64,000 nucleotides of DNA from the IMG/VR virus record IMGVR_UViG_3300042197_003319, positions 11,238 through 75,237 of that record. The stretch is one strand, 5' to 3'. Shown here piece after piece: positions 35,767 to 47,700 of this stretch (the first letter of the stretch is position 1; each line of letters begins with the position of its first letter). This stretch comes from a virus. Below the pieces are notes generated by a model, which saw only the letters and a list, made by a program, of their open reading frames with translations, was not told the DNA's origin and did not search any database. Made by a program: the position numbers and the translations under genes.

Positions 35767-38700
35767 TTAATCCACGTTCCTCGGCCCAAGCTCCCGCTTC
35801 AGCTGCCTTTTATCCGAAGCCTCCTGCCATAACTCGTATTTGTTTAGCACCAGAAGATCAGCGCTCTTGTTGGCTCTGCTTGTTAGGCGGGTGATCTCGT
35901 TTTGAACATCGCCAGAAGTGCGCTCAGGCAGTTCTTTAAGCCACTCCGGGTCCCTCAACGTTTCCCTAAGAACCTTCGCCCTTTCCATAACCCAATCATC
36001 CCTCTGCTCTTCGTTTAGCAGCACCCCCCTCACCCTTACTTGTCTTTCCGGCAGGGTCACCCAAGCCCTCTTCTTGGCCAGCTCAATCCAAAGAGGGTCG
36101 GGGTTATCCCGATAGCGCATAACAATATCCCCATAGTTGAAGAACGCCTGCTTGGCCCTATCCCATCCGTCCTTAGGCAGTTCTGATCCGTCGCTCAGCA
36201 TGGGCTCTCCCAATACGTTGGTCATAGGGTGGTTAAAGTTGCGGAGGAAAGGGATGTTCCCGATCCCAGCCGCCATAATGGATGAGTAATTGTCGGTCTT
36301 TTCGGGGAAGATTTTCCGGTCAGCTTCCCGCAGCAGGTTCCCAAACAGCATAGACCCACCCGTCCGCATCAGGAAGGCAACCGCTTTTTTGTCCCAGCTT
36401 CCGCTGTCCAGGTTGCCAAGGTCGGCCAGGGTTTTCACACCGCTTAAGAACGGAACGTCAACGATGCCAAAGAGCATCGACTTTAATCCGGCCAGTGAGA
36501 ACTGCATGGCCAGCTCCCCAGCCTTTGCCTGGTTGGGCTTCTCGTACTTTGAATAGTCGCGCATGTACCCCAGCGATTTAAACAAGAGGAAGGTCGGCAG
36601 CCAGTTCGGGTTCTTGAACCACATATTCCCCACCTTGATGCTTTCCGGTTGCCATTTTCCGCTGTCGATCAAAGCCTGCCTGAACGCAGGATCCGAAGGA
36701 CCCTTGCCGGAAAAGTCCAGGAACCTTTCTTTTTCGTCATCGTCTCCGTCAATTGTCCTGGCGATAATCGCAGTCAATCCCGCCAGCATTATCCCTAAAC
36801 CTGCAATCCCCCCGCCTAGTTCCATTGCCCGCATGTCGCTGGGCTTCTGCCTGGTCCCCTCTCCCCACACCTTGATCGTAGGGTTCATGCTCTTGAGTAT
36901 TCCTGTCCCCATCCAGGACAGCCATGTCTGGTAAACCGAAGTCACAATCCCGTAAAAAGGCTGGACCAGTTTCGCGATCAGGTAATCGTTGGACCATCCC
37001 TCCAAGGTCTTCGCGAGGAAACCCGTGACTCCCATCGGCTTGTTGGTGTAAGCCAGCACAGAGCCCAGGAAAAACGCCTCGTCAGTCACAGCCCCGACCA
37101 TTCTGTCGATGGTCTTCCTTTCAGCTTCGCTCGCCCTGTTCCAGACACGGTTCCAATAGGGGTTCGCCAATCCACGATTCCTTCTGGCCGACAGGTAAAG
37201 CTGTTGCCGGAACTCAAGTGTCCCAGGCTTGAGCCTTTCCACCCGCTCCTCAGACGCTTCCCGCTCTAGTTTCCGCACGATCTCCGGGCCTTCCAAGCCC
37301 TCCGGCAATCTCTCGTTTGTCCCGGCAATCTGTCTTGCGGTCCTGAGCATGCTGCCCAAGTCAGAAGACAACAGGCCCTGGGCATCAGGAACATCCCGGT
37401 CAGGGTAATTTTCAGCGAGCTCCCTCGAAACATCGGAAGCCGCAAGAGCTGCCGCAAGTTCGCTGTAGAAAGTTGTCGTGGCCAAATCCAGGGAGTTGTA
37501 GAGCCTCGAGATCAGAATCCCAAGACCTGTGGGGCTCACCTGGATTGCCGCTGAGTCTCCGTATTCGGGTGACCTAATCGTTCCGGCGCCAACCTTCTTT
37601 AACCCTACCCGAACAAGCTTAAATGTTTTGTCCCAGGCGCTCTTGGATATCGGGATTTGAGGCCAGATTCCACGCTTGTTCCACCCAAACCAAAGCTCAG
37701 CAAGCTTGGCCACGCCCCTGCCGAACGAAGAGTTTGCGTTGATCCGAACACCACCCTCACCAAGAAGCTCGGGCAAGGGACGACCGGATACCCTGGTCGA
37801 TAAGGTTTTTCCTGGAGCAAGGGTTTTACCTGAGCTGTCCCCGGTTGCCAGCAGGTCAATGGCTTCCACCAGGGCGTTGTTGATCGCTCTTGGGATGGCC
37901 TTCATGGCGACCCTGACAGACGACATGTTCTTGTCCCTGGCAACCCTCACCCCAAGCATAGCCCCGAGGTTCAGCGCGTTGCCGATTGGTGACAGAAGGT
38001 TGACCGTGATGGTCTTAACCCCTTGCAAAATATTCGTGTAGAACTGGCCGACAAAAGCCTCGAGAACCGTGACCCCGGAATCCTTCTTGATGGCGTCCAG
38101 GATGTCCATGGTCTTGCGGCCGGCCCTTCTGGAGTCAGGACCGTCAGGATCGTTGGCGATTTCGTTGGCTAGTTTCTCAATCGTCTTCTTGGTCTGCTCG
38201 CTCGGCATCCAGTTCTCGTCGTCGAGCTTTAGCTTCTTGGCCACATATCCGTAGATCACCTGCTCGGTAAGGTTCCCAGCCAAAGCAGCCTTCACGACGT
38301 TATGCAGGTTGTCCCGAATGGCCCTTGTCGCCCGGTTCTCGCTCTTCCCGAACACAAGTTGAATGGATCGCTGGATCTCGGTTTGGGCGATCTTTTCCAT
38401 TTCGTCCGAGATCTTGGACAGAACCCGCCCAAGCACGTCCTCCTTAACCTCGATTCCGCTGGCCTTAAGCTCGGCCACCAGGTCGGCCAGAACCTCTGCT
38501 TTCCTGGCCGTCAAAAGATACCTGCGGTTAAAGACAAACTCCTTGAAGTTGAAGCTTGGGAGGGTCATGTACGACCTGACGTCCGCCGTGGTGAACGGTT
38601 CGTCCATGGCCTGCTGCATGGCCTCGACAATCAATTGGTAAGAGCCTTCGTCCACCGAGTCTTTGAGGCTGTCGTAGATCATTTGAACCGCAGTCTGCAG

Positions 38701-41700
38701 GGATTCCCAGTTGTTCATGGCCTCGCGGAACCTGCGGACAGACTGAAGTTTCCTTTGCTCCTGGCTCATCTTGCTGCGGGTCAGCTTGAGCTGTCCGTTA
38801 CCCTGGAGCTGAACCCTTTCGCGAAGGATTCTGCGGATGATCCCCACGGCGGTTTCTTTGGGGGCCTTGTTTTCCGCGTCTTTTGCGTCCAGGGCCCTTT
38901 CAAAATTCTCAAGAAACCCATCCAGGACGTTCTCGATAATCTTTCGGCTGGCTTTGTTAACGTCTTTGACTGGGCTTCCGGTTCCCGAGACCTGCTCGTC
39001 TGCCTCGTCAGACATCATAGTGGTTCCGAAACGGTTCCAGAGGTGATTGTTGATCTCGTTTGTCGTCGCTTGGGCTGACTCATCAAGCACGTCCTGGGCC
39101 TCTTCGATGTTTTCCAGAACTTCCCCTTCGGAAACACCAAGCTCTTTGGCCACTTCTTTGGCGGAGGCTGTGCCTTTCTGCAAGAGCGCAGCGGTTCCCT
39201 CGGCAACCGTGGCCGACATTTGCCGTCTTGTCTCAGCCGAATCCTCGGTCTTCTTGAGCAGTTCGACCATTTCCTTGGCCGTCTTGATCTGCTGGTCGAG
39301 CACGTCGGAAAGCGTGTTTGTGCTCATCCTCTGCCACTCCGAGGAGATGCTGGCAATTCTCTTGGCCTTTAACAAAAGCTGCGCCCAGATGGCGTTGTTC
39401 GCTGTTGATTCGATCAGCCCGCCAAGCTTGGAAACTTCTTCTTTCCCAAACACTTTCTCCAAGGCGCTGTTGATGGCCTGGTCGCCAGCCATCTTGGCTT
39501 TGGCGATGTCGTCCGCAAACAACCCGACCTGGCGGAGCCTTTCGACCTGCTTGGCGTTTGTCGCAAACCACATCCAGCCAGCCACTCCGATCCTTGAATA
39601 AGCCCCAAAAGCCCTAAGCCCTTGGGCAAGGGATGTCCCGAGGTCGGCTTGTTTTCTTGCCAGAGCAAACTGCATGGCCCGTATTTCGTTTGCCCTTTCC
39701 GGGTTTTCCTTTGCTGCTTTTTCCAACTGCTGGATAAGGATTGAGTTAAGGATAACGATGTTGTCAAAGTGCCTGGTGCTTCCGTCGCGGATGGCCTGAA
39801 GCTCTTCGTCGTTAACGCTAAGATCGGGGCTAAGGATTGCCCTGGTTGCCTGCTCTGCCCCACCGACACGGTTGATCAGGGCCAACATTTCCTCTGCCCG
39901 CAAGGGCTGGGTCCTTACCGAGTACTTAAACTCACCCAGAGCTGTCGCGCTTCTGAGTTCGTTGCCAAGTCGTTCATCCCTGGCCAGCTGCCCGGCAAAC
40001 ACCTGGCGACGTTCTTTGCCTTCCCGCTTCTTAAAGTATTTCATGCCCCTGGCTTCCCGCTCTCCCTGTTCCCCACGGTATGGGCTTCCGGTTCCAGCCA
40101 CATCGTCGTTGCGGATTACAAACTTAATCGTTCCGGCTTTCTCCTGTTTCTCAAGCTCACGGACCAAAAGCCCAAATTCAGATCTCTGCCACACACGTCC
40201 GTTAAAAGGATATTTAGCGACAATCATTTGAGAGGCTACGTTTCCTCGAGCCCCTTCCCTTGAAACGTTTAGTGTCGTAAACCCAATAGCTCCTTTGTCT
40301 ATCAAGTCCCAGGTAAACCTAAATTTCGGTCTGGCTCTCCTGGCTTTGGCCTCACTTCCAGTTACCGGAGGTTCCGGATGAACCGTTTCTTTCGTGGAAA
40401 GCTTGTCCCGTTTGTTGATCTCAAAGGATGTTTTTGCGTTACGGCCAATTTCCGAGTACTCAAGCTTTTGGGAATTGGTCTTGTCCACCTTGTAAAGGTC
40501 CAGGGAATTAAGCTCGTGGTAGCCAGGTATTTTTGGGACCCCCTCAAAATAGAGCACGGTCCTGGGCTGGATGACGATCTTCGTCCCTTTTGTGACACCA
40601 GTTGCGTCCCCGTAGTCTTCGTGGGAATACATGTTCACATAGCGGTTGTTCTCATCCAAAAGGCTTTCGGGTGTTAGACTAACTTCTGTCAATACTCCGC
40701 CACGATTGGTCGAAATGCTTATGCCCGAGGTGGCAATCACATGGTCCAAGGGGGTCAACTTTAACCTGTCGGAATGCTCAAACCGCTCAAACAAGAACCG
40801 CTCCAACTCTTCCGCCGACATTCCGTTGTTGTTGTCGATGATGGTGTAGCGGTTGTTCACCTTGTCTACAGTCACACTGACCTTGGTTTTCGCATTTCCG
40901 GCTTTGAACGCCTGCTGAATCAGCTCCGTAAGTCCGTTAACCAGGTCGTAGTCCTTGGCCTGGCCGATAGCATTCTCCACCAGGGTTTTATTTACCAACA
41001 GAGGAACCTTAACCCTGCCCGGAGCATCTTCCCCGTCATAGTAAAGCGATCCGGTTCCGGCAACTTCTCCGTTGCGGCTTACAAGTTGAACCCCAGTCGG
41101 AGCCCTGTCCTTATACAGCATCTGCGGGTAGGTTACGTGTGAACGCTCCTTGATGATCTTAAGCGCAAGATCCATCAGGTTATTTGTCCTTGGCGATTCC
41201 GGTATCTTAATCACGTCACCTGGTTTCGGCTGGTAATCCGTCGGAAGGTTATTGTGTTTGGCCACTTCCTCCCTGGTCAGTCCGTACTTTGTCGCAATCT
41301 CAAGCAGAGTCAGTTGTTCCGGAGCCTCGAAGAACGGAGGCACTTCCACGCTCTTGGTAGTTCCGGGAATCAGCAATTGAGAACCGACAATAACTTTACC
41401 CATCGTCAGGTTGTTTGCTTTCTTGAGGTCCTGGACGCTAACACCGTTTTTGGCCGCGATATCAGCGAGCACTTCATCTGAAGTCCGCTTGCGGCCTTCC
41501 GGCACAACATATTCAGTTGCCTCTACCGGGACATCCATTTGGGGGGACTTGCCCGCGAACAGCATGTTTTCGGTCACGCTTCTCATGGGGCCGGTTGCGC
41601 TGATCTTTTTGCTGCGATTCACAACCGACATGCTCTTTGGCGTGTTCCGTAATAGGGCAAGCTGCTGGATTTTCTCCAAGCCCTGCTTGTTAAACTCACC

Positions 41701-44700
41701 CTTGCGATAGGTGACCCAACCAAACATCATCCCCACCTTGACAATGTCCTGGTCGTTTATCGAAGCGCCTGCCTCAAACCTTCCCGCGAGGTATGCCTCG
41801 GCTTCCCGCTTTACGACATAATCAAAACTGGAATTGGTGGCTCTACCCTGCTCAATGGCTTCCATCAAAAGGTCGATGCGCTGTTTCCGCAGCGCTTTCC
41901 TGACTTCGATTTGCGACTGCGCGACATTGTCGGGCCTTTCCGTTTTCTCGATGTCCACCTTCTTGGTTCTGGTGGCGATGTCTTTGCCGTACCACTTGCC
42001 TTTGTAGTAAATGTCGCCCTGCTCGCCCAGTTTCTGAATCGCAATCATCACCGCTTCGTCGGCGTTCCTGGCCCGGATATAGATCTTCTTTGACCTTGAG
42101 TTGACAGCACCGATGCTTCCGGTCGAGCGGTTGATCTTTGCCGCAGCGGAAGCCATCGACATCACCATGGCCTCGCCTCTCGGCCCACCCCGCTTGTTCG
42201 GCTTGCCGGCGATCTCTTTAAGGAGTCTTTTGGCGTTTATGTCGGCGATTTCCGGGTGAAGTTGGAACTCCCACATGGAGTTGCCCCGTTCGTCAACCAT
42301 AGGCTCGGACTTAATGATCGGCGTTCCGGCTGGCTTCATCCCAATTATGGTTGCCGGCTTGAGCGACTGAGTTTCCTTTTCGCTCTTGAACTCCACCCTC
42401 CGAATCGCGGAAAGATCCGGCTCAACGGGAAGTGTGACCATCAGGGTGGGGGAATCCGTCCCCTGGTCGCGGGTGATGGTTACGGCTTTCTTGGTCGTGT
42501 AATAAGCCGAAGCCGCGTATTCAGCGTGCAGACTCGGCACATAGGAACCGTCGGTAAATATCGGGATCTTGAAATTCCCCGAAACGTTTTTGTCGGAGTT
42601 ATACTTAAGGATCATCCCGACCCCACCGTAAGACACCGGCAACTGCCACTCTCCGCTTTCCGCCTTGGACCACCCTTTCTCTTTGGTTTCCTGGTAAAGG
42701 ATTTCCGCAGATATCTTCTTATCCTCGACGTTTGCCAGGCCAAGATAGTTTGCCGGGAATGTCCACTCGATTGTCTTTTTGTAGACCGGGGCCCCCTGAC
42801 CAAACTTCGGGACCATGCCGCGACGCTTGAGCTCCGCCACAATCGCCGGTGGCAGATTGTTAAGTTCCTGTTCTGTTACAAGGACACCTTCCTGGGAGTC
42901 ATCGACTTTGATTTGGCTTACGTATTCGGTCTTCAGCATTCTGTCGAATACGTCCTGGACCTCAGCTTTTTCAGCGAGGATTTTCTGCCGTGCAGCCTGT
43001 AGTTCTGAACGTTTTTTGAAAGCCAAAGCTGCTCTTGGGTTGTTCTCTTCTCCCATCTGCAACTCGGACAATATCTCCTGGTTAATCAAAAGAATTTTTT
43101 GATCCTGCTTTCGGATGTCTTCTTCAATATTTTTTAAGTGGACACGATATTCGTTAACCCTCTTTGGGATGCTTGGGGTTAAGACCGCGGAGCGAATCGA
43201 CTTTTGGTCGATCAACTTCATGGTCATCTGCAGACGTCGTCTGGCGGCTTTGTCGAGAGGTGCCGGAGGAAGCTCCTGTTTCGCTTTTTTAGAAACCCAT
43301 TTTTTAAGACCAGCGTCCCAATCGGCATCCGCACCGGTGATCTCCGGGATTGAAACGTTGGTCGTCAGCCACTGCTCGTAAGCCGCCACTGCTTTCTCGG
43401 CAAGCTCCCTGGCTTCCTTTGTCTTCTCTTGGTCGCCGATGGCGTTTAGAAACCGCAGGATTTCCTTGGTATGTTTGTTGGTTTCTACAAGTTTTTTGAC
43501 GGCCTCGTCTTCGTAGGACAATATTCTTGAGTTGGTTTTTGTGACCTCGATTGCCTTTCGGAAAGGCCCAAACAGCACATTGACAACCGGGTCCTGCAGG
43601 GCTTTTGTCTGAACCATCGGCTCCGAAAGCTTTTTGATTTCCTGCATGAAGTCCCGCAATTCCTTACGGGTTTTCGCAAGCTCGATTGTTTCTTCGAGCC
43701 ACTGCTCATCCTTGGCAATTGTTTCCAGAACTTTCTTGAACCGGAAATAGTTTTCCATGCCGGCAGCTTCCAGGGCGGCAAGCAACCTGTTGTATTCCCA
43801 CCGCGACTTGAATCCCCTCTGTTCCAGCACTTCGTCCGTGATCTCCGGCGAATCGAATACTTCCAGGTTTGCCAGGTTGGGCCCGTACTTCTCTTGCTGG
43901 TCGGTGGTTATTTGAAAACCTTGAGCGCCCATGTACAGGCCGTGTTGAGTGGACAAATAGGCGTATTTTCCTGCGTAATCCTCCGTTAGGATTTCTTCGG
44001 CCGCGGAATCAACATCCATGCCGTCGTAAAACTCTTCGTCGTCAAGCCCGGTATTAGGGTTATTGTAGTTCGAAGAAGCGTAATCGGTTTCTTCTTCGTA
44101 AACTTCCTCGCCAAAATAGTACACGGGTTTCTGAATAGATTGGCGATCGCGCTCAAGCGTTTTCCGAACCACCTCCCATTTTATTTCGGCAATTTGTCTA
44201 CGTATCTCCTTCATCTCCAACTCGATCTGTTCGCGTGTCCTTGGCGTTCCTGTTCCCGATACCCATTCCTTGGACTCAAGGTCTTGATTTGGTTTTTGCG
44301 CTTCCTTAACCCTAAAGGTCACCGCTTCCATTGCTTTTTGGATGGGTGACACGGAAAACATATCTTCCGCATTCCCCTGACGCGAGTTGTCGGAAAGAGC
44401 CGCTGCCAGCTCGTCCATCATCACATTAAACAAGGTGGCTGATTTCGCTGTATACTTTGTCTTTCCGTTTTCCAATTTTGTGGTCGGCCCGATTTTCTCG
44501 GACATGAAATCGACCAGGGCCCTGAACTCTGGGTTTGCATCGATCTCTGGGAACTTGTTGGTGGCTGTGCCCTTTTCGTCAAGCAGGTCCATGACGTTGG
44601 AACTTGAAGCCAGCTCTTTGATTGCCGCGTACGGGCTCATGTTTCTGGCTTTTTGGGAGAGCATTTGATTCATCAACCTGCTGAAGAAAGCCTTGTACTG

Positions 44701-47700
44701 GGCGCTTTCTTTTTCCCCAAGAACTTCCGACGATGCGACACACTGGGCCATGGACAAATAGAGGTTTTTGGCGTTGCCCTGGTCCATCACTTCCCTGACC
44801 ATTTCTGTTGCCGGGGTTGTGCTTTTGGGGGCATTCAGATGTCGGTCCATCGGCTGCAAAAACTCACGTAGGATCATGTACTGCAGGTATTCGACCGGCT
44901 GAGAACCTGCCGCGCTGCTCAGCAAGGCGGCTCTAGAATCCCTGTCGATGACGTTTTCTTCGACGAGTTGTTTGATAAATGTCTGAGCCCCCTCCCTAGT
45001 CAGGTTGTGGAGATCGACGGCAAGAGACCTTAGCTTTTTGCGCTTGGTCTCTGATTTGGCCACAGCGTCATAATCCTGGTCAGCTTTTTGCAAATGGGTC
45101 AGTTCCGACCCACCTTCAGCGTTCATCACCTTAACCAGGTAATCCAGTCTTTCGGAACCCTCCTGGGTTGAGGTGTCAACCTGCTCCGTCATTACCCGAT
45201 AAAGGAAATACCCTCCAGTTTCGAGGTCGGCTGGTATTTCTCCCCCCATTCTGGCCGTCATGTCTTTCGCAAGATCCAGCATTGCAGACACGTTTTCGGG
45301 AGACTTGGCAAACTGATACCCGAGAACTTGCTCCCGTGCATTGCCTCCGACCACCATCCATTCGCCTACCGCCTTATCAAAAATAAGGGTGGGAAGCCCT
45401 TGGTTGGGCGAACCGGCCCCCTCGTTTACGATCTGCTGCGGGTCAAAACCTGGGCCTTGGATTTTTAGAATCTTTTCCTTTTCTGCCGGGTCATAAGAAT
45501 AATTCCTGGTATTGCGACCGGTGTATCTTGAGTTTGCCCCAAAGAATTTTTCTGAACCCATGTGGGAGGCCTGAACCTTTGACCTTTTGACCCAGGCGTA
45601 AACAAAAGGATGCCTTTGACCAGAAGCGTCTCGCACCTTTTGCTCTGGCCCAAAATCTACGATATCTCCTGGGTTTCTCTTTTTAAGCGTGGTGGCATGC
45701 GTAATTGTTCTTGTGACGCTGGACAAGTCCACCGGCTCTGCGGTTACAGCTGAGCCACCTTCCCTGAGCGTAACCTTCGGTCCCTCCTCCGTGGAAACAA
45801 GTTTGAGCAGGCTGGTTATTGACTCGTTGTTTTTCGGGGGTGCGTTAGGACCATATTTTTCAAGGTGGAAAAGGATGTTGTCCGTTGCGTCCAGGACAGA
45901 CCCAAGGAATGGGCTGTCTTTTACGGTGATGCCCAGACGGCCAAGGATATCAAACACCGCCTGCCGCAATGCCTTGAACCACATCGCCAGGTATCCGTCT
46001 TTGGGAACCCCTTTGAGGAGCTGTCTCAGGCTTTCTTCGTCTGCCTCGGATGGGCGGATAAAGTCCTCCGTCGTGTAACCAAGTCTGGCTTTTTGCAGGA
46101 CGAATCTGATGTATTCAATGGTTGCCGATTTGTCATCAAGCTCCCTGCCGTACCTTTTTCTTAGGAGCTCCAATGCTTCCGGGGATATCTCTTCAAAAGC
46201 CTTTTGGGTCAGGTAGTTCATTGTCCTGGAGTAAGCTTCCTGGGCGGTTAGTTCTCCAGACCTAATCTGCCTGTCATACAACTGAACAGCCACGGTTCTG
46301 ACCACCGCGTAAGTTGCGTTGTGCGCCATCTCTTCGCTTGCTGTGCTCAGAAGATATCCTCTTCCCGCTTCGCCAACCCTGCCCCGCATGTTGAGGGAAA
46401 TCCTGTCCCTGTTGTTGAGGAGGACTTCCGGCTTGATGTATACCGTGTTGAAGTCCGGTGACGAAATACTTACCCAAGCCGCCATGTCTCCCCTGTCCCC
46501 AAAGATAATTTTTACGTTCTTGAACTTCAGGTCCGAAAGGGCTTTTGCGAATTCGTCGACAACATCCTGCTGGTAAGGTGACAAGCTGGAAAATCTTTCG
46601 TCAACAAGCTGACCGTTTCTAAGAACAGTTGCCTGCCTTCGGACTTCGCCCTGCAGGTCTTTTGCGTAGACTTTTCCGTCGCCAGTTTCCTTCGGTATCT
46701 GGGGGCGACCATCAACATAAGTCGACCCTTGAAAAGGAAGGGTGGGTTGGTTGCTGTCGCCTTGTTGCAGAACACCCTGGGTGGCGGCAAGAACACCCTG
46801 CTTGCTTTCCCGTCTGCGGATTCTCTCAAGGTCCGTCCAAATGTCCGAGGCAACCAGTTCTTTGATAACCGGCTCCGACATGGAAGAAAGCCGGTAGCCT
46901 GCGCGCTTTAGGATCTGATCGTGCTTGTCGGCAGCCTCGTTCGGAGTCGCGATATAAACAACTCTTGGTGCTGTTCCCGTCTGGTCGTCCAACGATAGCC
47001 CGGCTCCACCCTTCATCGGGGTAACAAGAGCCACACGTTTTAGGCCTACCTGGAAGTCATTGATGTCGGAGGTCATTTGAGCTCCGCCTTCCCCGTAAAT
47101 GACAGCCGGCTGGAGTCCTTCTTTGCGGAACATGTCGTTCAGCATCTCCAGCATGGACGGGGTTTTGCCGAAGTTTATCTCCGGGAAGGAGATCTCGTTG
47201 ACGAATTCCCCGAAGATAACAACCTGCTTGCCTTGCCGCAGATCCTGCATGGCCATTTCGAAAATGTACGGAGCCTTGTTAACTTCGGCCCAGGCTTCCG
47301 TCTTGAACTTCAACACGCCCTCAAGCTCGAGCGTTTTACGCTGTTGCTCGACCGTTGGGATCACCGAAGGGTCGCCGGTCAGCTCGGAAATTTGTCTGCG
47401 GTAATAACCCTCGATCTGTTCGATCTGAGCCTTGATTTGCGGACCGGCGTTAAGCTCAACCCTCGATGTCTGAACGTTGATCCCTTCCGGCACTCTCCGG
47501 ATGTAGGCCCCAACGGTTGCAGCCGACTCAACAAGGTTGGCGATGGTCTCCTCTTTGTTCTTGGAGATTTCCAACATCGAGCGAACGGTTGTCTCTGATT
47601 TGCCGAGAATTCCCGGCAGGAAATAGAGAGCACCCGAAAGGCGGTCGGCGGGAGTTGCCGTAAGGAAAATCTTAAATGCCTTGGTCTGCCTCGCCATCTG

